DNA of 64,000 nt from Chrysomallon squamiferum (Eukaryota; Animalia; Mollusca): NCBI GenBank assembly GCA_012295275.1, contig CM022672.1:26784001-26848000 (forward strand), written 5' to 3'. Shown here one piece after another: positions 41,613 to 55,287 of the stretch. Numbering within the stretch: the stretch's first letter is position 1; the number at the start of each line of letters is the position of its first letter. Below the pieces are notes generated by a model, which saw only the letters and a list, made by a program, of their open reading frames with translations, was not told the origin of the DNA and made no database searches. The translations under genes and the position numbers were made by a program.

Positions 41613-44600
41613 CTAGAAAGACATGTGTAGATTGTTCATCCCATACATGCTGCTGTCTGGGGTCACGTAGGCGGAGTTGCCAGCAGAATACATCACTGAC
41701 ATGGACTGAAAGGAGGTCGCCGCCGTGTGGTAAGAAGATGGAGTCTGGTTAAAAGTCCCATCAAGATTTTCAGACTGGGAGAAAGGAACCCTGCCATTGT
41801 CAACTTCCAGCTCACCTCCCCCAGTTCTGTACCTGTACTCAAACTGACTGTCTGAAGTTTTTAAAGGTGATGTCTTTGCAATGGGAGTACCCACAAGATT
41901 CTCCGGCGAGTGGTCACTATCATTCACTGACCGTGCACTGTCAGCCTTCCTGCTGAAGAATGGTTGCTGCTGGACGTGTGATATGTTTGGTGTGCTGGTG
42001 TTGAATGAATTAACAACCTCAGTCTTCACCTGCTTGGCATTCAGGCTGCCTCCCTGCATTGTCTGACAAGTCTGAAAATGCTTCCAGGCATCTATTTTCT
42101 GCTTGGATATCTCTTCCTGGTTCAGAATGAAAGCCCTAACTTCGGCATGCTTTGGTATGTCGTATTTGTTTAAAAGAATGTACTTCCCACTAGAACCTCC
42201 CTGTTTCTTTAGCTGACTGACCATGTCTTGTGGGCTCCAGTTTTTGAACACTGAAGTGTAGGTCAAATTTTTGAACTGACGAGTGATGTACTTGAGGCCA
42301 AGCTGTTGACACATCAGTGTAATCTCTTTCTGCTCCCCTGCTGGAAGTCCTGGCCCAAATGACAGATCTTCCAAAGTTTCAGTTTCTGTGTACTGCGTAA
42401 CAAGTCGTTTTATTATCTGCAATAGTTGTAACAATATACATTGATTGCTATAACATAATTACAACAATATTATTGAAGATTGTAAATGTTGTAATATATA
42501 ATATTAAGAAACTGTAATTACATATAACTGCTGATAATTTTATTTATTTTTTAAAGCACATATATTATGGACAAAACATTAATCTAAAAATAAAGTGAAG
42601 TGTTAAAGCTAAGTATCACCTGTTTCACCCACTGACTGACGGGTTCACACACAGAGTCTGTCTCTTCCTCTGTCTCAGGGTCACTCAAGTCTTTTGATGG
42701 GCTTGGAACTCTCTCTGTACATTCCATCCACTCATCTGAACCATCTTCAGCAGAACCAAACTCTTGTTTCAGCTGTTCAGCTTGGTTTTTGATAGACTCA
42801 TAAGTGTGCCAGTACTGAGATTCATTTCTTGGAAGAGCCTGGCAGTTGAAAAACACTTTAATTCAAATGCTTTATTGCAAATAGTATAAGTACTAAGCTA
42901 TATCATTCTTATGAAGTCAAAGAAAACCAAAAAGGGTTTTAAAAAGTTACCTGTAGAATTGTGAACACAAAAAATGCATATATAGATATACTTTTTGTGT
43001 ACTTCCATATTATTGTTAAATTTCTAGCTTTCAGCTGTTGATAATAAAAATCCCCAACAGACTTAGGCTACAGCATCTTTGCATGATTTACTCAAGACAA
43101 CCAGGATTTTATTTGTGTGGGTGTGTGAAAGAATATGCTTGTATGTGAATATGTGTGTGATTATCCATGCATGCAAGAAATTACATCACAAACAATAGTA
43201 AATGGTTATCCCTAAGAATTTGTCTGACTTCTTTTTTTATTTTTTCTAATAATCTGGTTAATGTTTAAGCAAAGAAATAAAGTTACTCTGAATTACACAA
43301 ATTTTTTTTTTAAATTATATTTTTCTAAAGATAGGTGTTAAATGTTAAAATTTGGATCCATCTTTGATCATTCTCATCTTAATAAAGATTATGTGGACAA
43401 ATTTCCATTTTTAACAGATTTTGTTTCACAATATAAAAACATAGAAAGTTTAGATTTTCATTGTGAGGGATGAAAATAAGATATTATTATTATAAATAAT
43501 ATTCACCCTTATCACAGGCTGTGTTTCATAAAGTCTAAAAAGGGAGTCAATGGCTGCCAGGTTGCGAGCATTCTGCTTTGCTGAGGCACATGCATCTCCA
43601 ATATCTTGTCCTTGAAGTCTCATTGAACATCTGTTACAAAATCAATATTTTACATTTATTTTATTTATTACTATTATTAATATAAGTTATATTTTTTCGT
43701 CTTTTTTTGAAAGATGCAACAAGCTGTTAAGTCATTTGATATTTTTATATTAATTTCTCATGGTGCATAAAGATTGATTTTTCTCATACTGTGTGTAAAA
43801 GATCCCTGTTAATAAACAACAGCAGTCTATGGTGTAGATGACAGCAACTCCATGCTCAATAATTATTAATATAAATAATTTTTTTTTTTTTTTTTTTTTT
43901 TAATAATCTAGGTTTAAAGTTAAATATATCTCTGACATTGAATCTTTCTTTTAAAAATACATGATTAAAAACACAAGAGGTTTTAGTATACTTCATTATC
44001 AGAAACTACTTACTTGAAGAGATTTTCATTAGCTGAGATATTCCACTCTAGAAGCATTCCATTCTGAGTTGCACTCTGACTGAGGATAAGAAATGCATTT
44101 TTCTTTCGATCCTTTGTCCAATCGTAGTGTTCCATGATAACAAAATCTTTAACACTGAACTGAGTCAAACTGGGTTCAATCCCCAGCCGTTTAAGTTTAG
44201 TAATGTTTGACTCACCCCATCGACTCTGACCTTTGACACAAATCTCCAAAATATCAGGAAGGCTCAATTCTTCCTTTGACAGTCTTTTGGCACCTGAAAT
44301 TGTTTCTTCTGGTTTTTTATTAATAAGAATGTCATAAGCATTAGAATAGGCTGCTTGCTGAGCATTTTTTCTTTTTTCTCCTTGACCTGAAGATATAAAA
44401 ACACTGTCTAGATACAACTCACACACCAGAGTCACATTCTTGTTGTTATTATTATCTCTCCTAAACAAGCATGTGGGTAAAAGCTGAAGTGTATTGCAGG
44501 TCATGTCCATATGTGAAACCAGTTCCTCTTTCACTGTATGCGTTTTTAAAAGTTCTGACAGTTTCTCTAGCTTTCTTACACTTTTCTCTTGATCCATTTC

Positions 44601-47469
44601 TCCAGCAGGTTCTGTCAAACTCACTTCACATTTTGGAGGATCATCATCTAACTCCAAAAGAGAAACACCTTTAAGAATCGTTTCAAGAGGCTTGTTTAAG
44701 AGGACTGCCACTGTCCTTTGATACGTCTTCTCCTTTGCCTGTTTCTTCTTGAAGTCCCCTGCACCAGTGATGATGATGTCACCAATATACATTCTGCCCT
44801 TGAACCAGACTTGTCCAGTTTTCAGTCGTGTCATGTCTTCTTCGTAGTTGTGGCACAAGTTACACTTGGAGGATGTGAAAGCCTGGGTCATCCTGCACAC
44901 TGCATTTGGTGTCACTTGGTTTGTGTACTTGAGGAAGTTGATCAGTTTCGTCAAACCACTCTCCAAGTTAAACAAGCCAACTTTCTTAGCAAATTTGCTT
45001 TTCCCTGAATTGGCTGCGTAAGTAACACTATCCAGAGCTCGTTTGGCTTCCAGTGGAAATGTTTCAAAAGAAAGGTCTGTATAAACAGTTCTTAATTTAC
45101 TTCTCACTGACTCTGAATCTAAAATAAATCAGAATTAAAATAAAAATATTAAAATGATTCAGCTCAACAGAAACATGATAAAACATCAATAATGCTTGAA
45201 CTACAGCTATATAAGCTGCAGATAATAATATTATATCATCTTGCTCTGTGCACTGTTATCTATTGTCAACAAATTTTTATGAAAAGATGTTAAAATAAGC
45301 TTCCACATATCTACCCATCCCAAAATATAGAAGAGAAAAATATATCAATTCATTATATACTGTTAAACTTAAAGCATAGTAATAAAAAAAAAAAACAACA
45401 ACAGACAATATAAATATCAACTATCAGCATTACAATACAGATGCATTAAAAAGTTACCAGTAGGATTCATTGACATAAGATACTGTATAGGTTTTCTCAG
45501 AAGATGGTCCAGAGCCTTTTGGTAACAGTCAAACTTGGCCTGTTTCTTGTTCAGACCTACTGATCTGGCCAAGAAAAAGTCATCAATGTAGAGAACCCCA
45601 GTGAACATTGCCCTTCCATAGAATCGCATCAGCAGCTCGACCTCATATCTAGATTTCAATCCCACTTTAGACGCAATCAGTGCATTCTCAATAACCATAA
45701 TAGGACTCTCGTTTTCACTGTGTTCTGGTTTCATGCTTCGTATAAAGCTAACAAACTGCTGCATCCTGTCCAGTGGACTCATACTGGTAACACAAACAAA
45801 ACAAAAAATATATATACATATATATATAGTTTTTTTAAATTATCTTTTTTAAAGTATACATGATGTTGAGTTAATGCAGAATGATGTTCTAAATGTGTAC
45901 AATGGTTTTGTCACAAAATGAAGCAAAGATTCCAGGTTTATTACAATTTGTATCAGACACTAATTATTTCAATCATTAATATAAATAATTTTTCAGATTA
46001 ATATTAACGTTTCATTAACGTGATGTGTATAAGCACTAATGTTGAAAATTCTCTGTTTTTTAAAGAAAAATGCTGCATGAAAAACTTGTTTCCAATCATT
46101 ATAGTTAATGAAGATAATTTAATGTTTTAATTGTAGTCACAAATGCTGGATTGTAATAATGTAACTTCCACAAATCTTTATAACGTAATTTAAAAATGTA
46201 TTAAAAAGTATTCTAACACAGAGATATCTGGATTGTGATTGTGTGTGACTGGTGTAAGCTGTCCTGTTGATGGAATCCAGACAAATGGTGGGCAAGAACT
46301 AGTTCCTCCTTCATAAAATTCATAGTAACTCTTGTCACCCATGTAACAGTTTTCTTAAACAGAAAATAAATCAGTATTAGCTTAACCTGTAAGATTATAA
46401 TTTTTTAAAATTAACTATTTTTAGTCATTAAATTTACTACATAACGCATAAAATAAGAAAATATGTTGATGAAGCAATGTAAAAAAAAAAAACAGTCATT
46501 TTTTTAAACTTAACTAGTGGATGTTTTTGCATTTATGAAATATTTAATTTTCAATTTTTAAATCTAATTACAAATTAATAAATAAAACAATTTTTTGTGG
46601 GGTTTATACAAATGTTAAGATTGTAACCTAACCTTGATCAAATGGATGCTGATTGCAGCTGAATGGAACATAAAGACCATATTGATTGTTGTTCCGGACA
46701 TGTCCTCCATATTTTCTATAACTGCCTCCTCCAAAATCCACTGGAAAATTATTACAATCATTAGCCATAAACCCCTGAGTTCCTGAATATCCATACTGTC
46801 CAGAAAACCCACTCCTGAAGTCTGTCCATTGGTAGCAGTCTCCTCCAAATTCTCTCACTGGATTAGCAAACATTCTTCCTCTTTGACCGAATCCTGCCCT
46901 CGGTTCTCCAAACTGACCTTTCTGATGACCACCTCTATGACCATCCTTTTTCATTTCAGTTCCTTGGTTTTGATTTGATTTGCCTAATTTAAAAAAAAAA
47001 AAATTTAAAATAAAAATGTCATAGCTAGCTTTTTTTGAAGTATGGGTTAAAAATATTTATTTAGTTAATGGCCATCATAGGCAAGACTTTTTTTTTTTTT
47101 TTTTTTGATGCCTTTAATTATATTTTATCTACCTTACATGCATTTAAATTGGAAAAAAAAAAATATATATATAACCCAAACACGAACAGTGGGGAAGAAA
47201 AAGATTAAACTCTAAGGATAACAAAAAATTTAGGACATTATGATTATGAAATAATATTACTCTGGAATTAGTTAACATCAAGAATTACCTTTCTTCTTCT
47301 TTTTTTTCTTTTTGCTGTACCCTAGTCTGTCGTCATGGACTGTCTTGTGTTCTTTACCAAAATGTGAAATCCAGGAAGGTCCATCTTTGAAATCAGGGTC
47401 AGCTACCCACTCTTCCTCCTCAACATCATCATCATCATCGGCCTTCCTCTTTCCAACACCCACATCCAT
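41613..47469 (-). CDS. NKRF-like (NF-kappa-B-repressing factor family) multi-dsRBD protein with degenerate R3H and no G-patch, about 1081 aa
   Basis: Minus-strand exons 47469-47289, 46983-46633, 46353-46218, 45783-45458, 45118-44014, 43630-43507, 42838-42620 and 42416-41613 total 3246 nt in frame. There are four dsRBD-like units (..GLNKKQAKFDCYQKAL, ..FKKKQAKEKTYQ, ..GQGEKRKNAQQAAY, ..AKQNARNLAA..LYETQPVI). The C-terminal DLSFGPGL..EQKEITLMCQQLGLK..SQLKKQGGSSGKYIL resembles the NKRF R3H region. Confidence 0.75.
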
Positions 47470-48188
47470 CCTAAATGCAAAAGTTGAAATCAAACAGGGT
47501 ACTTGTTACATATTAAATTTAAATTAAACCTATTTATTAATGATAAAAGTTGTAAATCAAAAAATTACGTAGTGAACTAAAACAGAATTTATCCTCACAA
47601 AAAAATGAAATTTTCTTTTTCTTTTGAGTTATTTATTATTCATTGCTCCATCTGCTGCATGTGGTTAAACAGGCTGTCAAAAAAATATGAAAATCTCTGA
47701 CAACAGAATTTTTTATTATTATTATTATTATTATCATTTTAAATAGACATCTTTAGATATAGTTACAAATATATATATTTCTTAAATTCATTGCTCTATT
47801 TGTTGGAACTGGGCAAATATTGACTGACAAACCATTAACTGAAAAGCTTTTATAATAGATTTTTTTAAAACTATTCACTTTCGGTCAAAGAACTGTGTTC
47901 TTTGCTTAAATGACTAATTAACTATTTTTCTTACAAATACATCCTGGAGACAGTTCATAATTTTTTTATAAAATAATTAATGCAAAAATTATTTAACCTA
48001 TAATAAAATATTAAATTCTATAAAACTTCAATAATTAAACAATATATACTAAAAATATACAACTGGATAAAACTATTCAGAACATACTAAAAATATTAAA
48101 CTGAATGACACATGACAACTAAGAAAATCTTTGCATCATTCTGCTGATATGATATCCTTCTAAATTCTTCTGTAGTCAGCTGCCTGGA

Positions 48189-48225
<37 letters not shown>

Positions 48226-48616
48226 TATATGTATATGAATGTGTGTGTGTGTATACATATGTACCTATATATATATATATACACACATACATACATATAC
48301 ATAAACATACATAGAGATAACTATATATTCATACATATATAAAATAATAATAATAATAATATAAACATACCTTTATTTACAAAAATAAAAATTGATTATA
48401 GATATTCAGATAAACGAACAGACCAATACTATTCAGTGTTACCTGTTCAGACCTAGTGAGTTTATTTATACATATGCAGTTTCACCTGACTGTAGATTTT
48501 AGATTTCATTCAAATAGAATATTAATTTTACTTTTATGCAAGCCAGATTGTCATACACAATATGCCACATGGGAAATTATACTATTTTATTCATCCAATA
48601 TAAATATAACATGCTA

Positions 48617-48654
<38 letters not shown>

Positions 48655-49010
48655 AAAAAATATAAAAACACAATAACAAAGCTAGTTACATAATTTATGC
48701 CAATTGTTGTAACTATAAAGCATTTTAGTAAAAGTTAAAAATAATAATAATGGCAATAATAAATTATTTAATTAAAGATTCAATATATTAACAATTTACA
48801 TGTTCAAACAAACCTTGTGAACTACCACTAATAATAATATTTAACTCTAAACTTTGTGACACTGTATGATTAACATTTGTAAAATATGTCTACAACAGAT
48901 GTTCAACACATTAAAATTGTACCAAATACAGTCACTGATAAAAATATAATTAAATGTTATGATATAACTTAATGTTACAAAATATATTTAAAAATTGTAA
49001 AAATTTAAAA

Positions 49011-49046
<36 letters not shown>

Positions 49047-49630
49047 TAAATATATTAATAAAAATAAAAATTCAAGCATAAAACAATACCTTTAATGTCA
49101 ATATTTAAATCTGATTCCGTCTGCAATACAAAAATATTTTTTTTATGTTATTAAAATGACATCAATATATTTCAGGAAAAAAAGTTAATATTATACTGAT
49201 AATTAGTTATTGTAATTTTGGATTACTTTTTTATTATTTTTTTTATTAAACAATGCACAGATAATCTGAAAATTGTACATGAATGTGATTATATCTTATC
49301 TAACACAATTATCTTATGTATTACAAGCACACACATATACACACACACACATACAAATATTAATATAATGTATATGCTGTTATGCTGGCCATAAATGAGA
49401 AAATTGCAGAAATGTTTCTTAGAGTACTTCTTGGTACATACTGCTTTCCTGTTCATGGTAAAGTATGTACAAAAATATCATTTGTTAATCATTAAGATTA
49501 AAGCAGATTTAACGGATTAATGTCTGTAAATCAAATCTATCAATTTACACCATTTTGTAATCCTCCATATACCAAATAAATAAATAAATAATAACAGCAA
49601 TAGCAATTGCAACAATAATAATAATAATAA

Positions 49631-49694
<64 letters not shown>

Positions 49695-50754
49695 TATAAA
49701 CATTCAATACATACATATTAACAGCACTATTTCCCTATGTCCAAACTAAAAAAAGGTGAATATATATATATATATATCTTATTACATTTTTTCTATTATT
49801 ACTGTTGTAAATATTGTTGATCACAAAATCGATATATTCCTGATAAACTGCTTAATTTTTTATCTTATTTTATTTATCTTTTAAAATTTTATTATTATTA
49901 TTATTATTTTATTTTTTTTCAAATGCGATATGTTACTTCATCAACATAAACAATAACTTTACAAAAAGACAAAAGAAAAAAGAAAGTGTAACTTCAAGCT
50001 GTTATATTTGTGGTTACTTATAAATTTTGCTGTCGTTAAATACGTAAGCTTGATATAATTATATTTTGATTTATTATTTTAAATCTACTGGATTATAATA
50101 ACAACATTTATATGGAATCCAGAAATTTAATATTTAACATATTGGATAATATTTGCACAATTTACTAATTCAGACATTTATGAAAAGAATTCAAATAATC
50201 CGTGCCCTATCGGTTGTGGCGGAAGTAAACAACATACATAATTCGCAGCTTACTCAAAATTATTATTAAAATCAACTTACAGTAATTTTATTTAATAACC
50301 GCAAAATTATGCTTCAAAGCAGTTACAGAAATTAACACTGACATCGTCCGATCAAATCAAAACCATATCATTTAAATGTCCACAATTACCGACAAAAAAG
50401 TTTACGATTAATCATTAAGATAAAACAATAAAAAGTTTAACTCTGAACTCGGTAACTGGCTTAGATATTCCCAATAAGAGTGTATTAGATTAACAGAAAT
50501 TAACCCCCGATAAATCCATATTTGCAAATATAAGTGAAAAATAAACATTTAATTTTAACTGTACTTTCCTCACCCATCATACACCTATTAAACTGTTTAT
50601 TTGCGTACAGCGGCACCTTGTGCTCAACTAAGTTAATATACAAGGGGGATAATCAACAAATTAGCCGTTGCCTGCCACCTTTTCGTAGTTTCGACCATAG
50701 TGTGTTATCTTCTTCGTTATCCGCCTGGTGTGGACAAGGATAGAGAACCAGAAC

Positions 50755-52017
50755 ATGTTGCTCCTGAAACAATTTATATTGCTTTTAATTTTAATACAAT
50801 TTCAAAAAGTACTTTTAGATCGTCCTTTTAACAAATTGTACAGAGACATTTTCAGAGACTACGAACCGTTTCTGAGGCCAGTAAAGAACGCCTCCAAACC
50901 TGTGAATGTAACGTTAAGTTATTTACTCACAGCAGTCGAAGACGTCGCTGAAGCGGAACAGCTGATTAAAACAAGAGGCTGGTTAAAAATGAAATGGAAA
51001 GACGAGCTACTTTTCTGGAATGCCAGTGAATATTTCGGAATCAATTCAATCATTTTGCCAGTTAGCAAAATATGGAAGCCAACTGTCACTCTGATGAATG
51101 ATGTGAATAGGTTTGACATACTTTCTTCAACTGGCGGAGATCTTAGAGTTTCAAATACTGGGGATGTGACGATGTTTCTTGGACTCGTCGTGGGTACACA
51201 GTGTGATATAAACATAATTAATTTTCCTTTTGATTCACAGACTTGCTCTCTGCAGTTTATTCCGTGGACGTCTTCTGTTGACGAAGTTGACTTATTCCCG
51301 CACAAGTATGCATGGGTCGAATCTAAAGTTAAAGGAGAATGGAAAATAGGCGAGGTCTCTTACAAACGTTCACTTTTCAAAGTGGAAAACCTGACACAGG
51401 CTGTTGTGGAGGTACATGTCGTCTTACACAGGAATCCTTTGTCATTTATCATTTCTGGAATTATTCCAATGCTGCTGCTCTCTGTTGTAAATCTCGGTTC
51501 ATTTCTGCTTCCCGTGGGGTCAGAGGAAAGAATTTCACTGGGAGTCTCTGTTTTGTTGTCGTTTTATGTCTTCGTGTCCACAATCAACAGTTTGTTACCA
51601 GACGTCTCAGACACACTGTCTATATTCAGAGTCTATGTCCTCACCATGCTGACCGTGAAAGTGATGACCACCATGTCTTCTGTCTTCATCATTCGCTTCT
51701 ACAACAACCCTGACTCAGAATCTTTACCAAGATGGATGAAAAAACTGCTAAGTCTGTTTCACAGAGATCATCCCGATGCTCACGAAGAACAGCCAGTCGA
51801 AGTTCCGAACAAAAGCCGCATCGTGAGAAATGAGAAAATCTACAGTTGGAAGATGGCTGCTAAAGCACTGAATGCCATCTGCTTTGTGACAGTGTTCACA
51901 ATTACTTTTTTTGTGAGTATAGTTTGTTTCTGTGTTTCAGTGAAGATGAAACCAAATGAACGTGATTTTCAAGCTGGTTTTAAAGATGTGGGAACTTTAA
52001 ACGCCAGTGATGCGTGA
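50755..52017 (+). CDS. Intronless nicotinic-acetylcholine-receptor-like Cys-loop ligand-gated cation channel subunit (atypical/non-alpha), 420 aa
   Basis: The ATG at 50755 gives a signal peptide. Motifs LRPV, WLKMKWKDELLFW, IWKP, Cys-loop CDINIINFPFDSQTC, four TM helices, and M1-M2 LPVGSEERISLG (acidic -1' ring, cation-type). No vicinal CC in loop C. Confidence 0.92.
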   Translation: MLLLKQFILLLILIQFQKVLLDRPFNKLYRDIFRDYEPFLRPVKNASKPVNVTLSYLLTAVEDVAEAEQLIKTRGWLKMKWKDELLFWNASEYFGINSIILPVSKIWKPTVTLMNDVNRFDILSSTGGDLRVSNTGDVTMFLGLVVGTQCDINIINFPFDSQTCSLQFIPWTSSVDEVDLFPHKYAWVESKVKGEWKIGEVSYKRSLFKVENLTQAVVEVHVVLHRNPLSFIISGIIPMLLLSVVNLGSFLLPVGSEERISLGVSVLLSFYVFVSTINSLLPDVSDTLSIFRVYVLTMLTVKVMTTMSSVFIIRFYNNPDSESLPRWMKKLLSLFHRDHPDAHEEQPVEVPNKSRIVRNEKIYSWKMAAKALNAICFVTVFTITFFVSIVCFCVSVKMKPNERDFQAGFKDVGTLNASDA

Positions 52018-53966
52018 ATATTTCAGGATGTCAAAATACGCAAAACGTAGATGAAATATTTGAACATTTATTAGAAATAATCACAAATTTTCTAAGACCA
52101 CAACAAATTTTAAAAAATGTGAACCATCCTCCTGTTATGAAGACGACACTTAAATATTAATCCTAAATTGTAAATTCAGTGGACTGGATTAATATTGTAT
52201 ATTAAATAGACTATGAGGAAATTTAGTTTCATTAATTACAGTGATTAAATAGCAACTGGGTACAGAAGAAAACAACTGCAGGCTTTGATCTGTAAATTAT
52301 AAACCATTTTTATAAAGTAAATCAAACCATTTAAAATAAAATGATCTCAGGTCTGTTAGAGAAAATAATTTTTATACCAGTGAAGTACAGATTATTGACA
52401 TTGATGAATTACAATTTATTTTATTAGTTATTCACATTTGTACTAGTGATTTACAATTTATGCATTACTTACTCGCATTTGTACTATTGGATTACTGTTT
52501 ATTTTATTATTTCTTTACTTTTGTACTATTAATTTACATATTTTTATTACTTACTCTGTACTTTTGATTCACAGTTTATTGTACTACTTATTCACAACTA
52601 CTATTGATTTACAGTTTATAATACTGATATTGATGTTGATGAATTACAATTTATTTTATTAGTTATTCGCATTTGTACTATTGAATTACAGTCTTTTGTA
52701 TTACGTATATGCATTTGTACTAGTTTCTGTATTTCAAAAGTAATTAAGAAGAAATAATTGTGAACAATATGATAATTTTTATTATAATCATCACTATTAT
52801 CTTCTCATTATTATCATCATTATCGTTATTGTTATTATTATAACCAGCATCATTATCGTCATCATCATTATCATCATCATCATTATTATTAAATGGTCAG
52901 TGTTCAACACTAGGAATCCATTTTTTCCTTTCTACTGAAGAGATGTTTGAGTAACTTGCGATGTCATTCCGCGTTTATAGAAAATCGTTATTTTGTTTTC
53001 CATCCAGCACTATATTAACATCATCTATTGCATGGACTAAATATTCATAAAATATTATTATTATTATTATTGTTGTTGTTGTTGTTGTTGTTGTCGTGAC
53101 CTCGTCGTCGTTATTGTATAACTTTCTAGAAATTTGTGGATACAAATTCCTCAGTGAACATAAACACGATCTCTACATGAAGAGATACGATTTAATCCTG
53201 TCTGTCCACTCCTTCTCTCTTACACGAACACCACACCAAGACCTGTTTTACAACATTCTCTTCTGAATGAGGGAAGACAGTTATAATGTGAACATATATA
53301 TAGTTTTTGTGCAGTCTTACATATTGTCAATTTTAATGCTGTACTTGATTTTTGTTCTTTTATTATTATTTTTTTTAATTATTATAATTATTATTATTAT
53401 TATTATTGTTGTTGTTGTTGCTTTTGTTGTTGATATTATTTTAGTTTCTTGTATTTCTTCTTTCTTTTTTTCTTATTTCATTATTTTCTTTCTCTTACCT
53501 TTTTTTTTGGGGGGGGCAGGAATAATAATTTAAAACAAATTCTATTTATATAATAACAAAACAATGGTTTTAATTTCTTTTATGTTTATAACTGAACACG
53601 ATTATTGTGTTTTCCTCAATTTCTTTTTAACGCACTCATTTTTATTACTAGGAAACTGCCAAATAAAACACTGTTAAACATCATTTGTACAGTCTAGAAT
53701 GTTATTAGACATTACAATATAATATCTGTGGAAACATTAATATGTTGATTTTGTGTCACGGTAATTTATTATTATTAATTTGTCTTTGATTTTTGTTTTT
53801 TTTAATTAAATGTTGTATAAACAATTTTAATATAAATCTTTCACTGTTTGGAAAAGACTGAAAGCACAATATGGGAGTATGCAGGGATTATTTCAAAATT
53901 GTAAGCATTTTCTTATTTAAAAGAGAAAAAAGAAAGAAAGAATAAAAAAAAGAAAGCCAGAAAAAA

Positions 53967-54329
53967 TTAAAGTTCCTCTTTGTAATCTTCACTGGTGTCG
54001 CCCTCATAGAAATCAGGCACTCTAAAAGACACTTGGGGACACGGTCCTTTGATGTTGTTGCAAAACAGTTTGACCAAGGAAGCAGTTTTCACCAGGTTCA
54101 TTCCCACGTCGCCTCCGAATGTCGAAGGTTTCCAGAAATGAGGCGTGCAGATCGGATGCGACATGATTCCCCTGAACGAGTAGGCGCTGATGATGTCAGA
54201 CTGAGTAATTCCAAAAATGCTTTTCCCGCGTTTCTTTTCCACCAAGAGGCCGACGTGGAGTTCTACTGCGTCAACGTCCACGTACAGAGATTGTAGTATT
54301 TTTGAAATTTTCTTTTCACCTGTTTCCAG

Positions 54330-54382
<53 letters not shown>

Positions 54383-55190
54383 CAATAACAACTACTACTG
54401 TTAATAATAACAACAGCAATAATAATAATTAAAATTATTAATAATAATGACAACAATAACAACAGTTACGTTTTAATAATTGTAGTTGTAGAAGTAGCAG
54501 TAGTAATAGTACATTCCGTAAGCAGAAATATTAATATGCTTTATATAAATATGAAAGGTTCGTATTTCGTTCAGTGGATGAGTGTATGATATTTTTTATG
54601 TATGTATGTATGTTTGTGTGTGAATGCATGTGTGTATGTTTGTGTGTGTATACATTGTTTGTTTGTGTGTGCGTGTTTGTGTGGATGCTATTAAAGAATA
54701 ATCTAGCTTTCATAGAGTCAAATACCTATTTAAAAAGAAAAAAAACAACAACAACAACAAAAAACGCCACACCTACCAGTTAATTCTTCGAACGATTTGT
54801 ATGCAGGAAGTTCTAACTTTTCTCTGTAACGGTTCATAGACTGGAATCGAAGTTTGCGACCACATAAAATAGTCTGTTTTAAAATGGGTATTCCAGATGG
54901 ACCATGGTTGTAAAAGCTGACCTGATAAAGAAAAAAAGGTCTGCAGTTGATGATTCTGCTAGAAATTTACGTTCAGTATTCGAAAACTGAAAACAAAATT
55001 AACTCTGTTAAGAAAAAATAATAATAATAAAAAAATGTAATCTTTTTTCTTCTTTTTCTTTGTTTTTTTAGTAAAATAAATAAATAAATAAAATGAACAA
55101 CAACGAAATATGATATAAAATTTTATATGTCTTACACTGTAAAATAAATTTTAAAAAAGTACGTTAAAAACTGATGATTTGATACAACAC

Positions 55191-55287
<97 letters not shown>

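Noticed and set aside
48096-48183. Possible additional upstream exon of the NKRF-like gene
   Set aside because: It has a good acceptor (TTTCCAG) but no confident donor or coding evidence, so it was left unannotated.
50728-50754. Upstream GTG start for the receptor given in the ORF track
   Set aside because: In a eukaryotic gene the ATG at 50755 directly yields a signal peptide.
26137-54296. Antisense or alternative-frame ORFs overlapping real exons (26137-26454, 36878-37162, 44718-45008, 50919-51305, 51339-51713, 54033-54296)
   Set aside because: They are shadow ORFs of GC-richer coding exons, with no motifs and mostly non-ATG starts.
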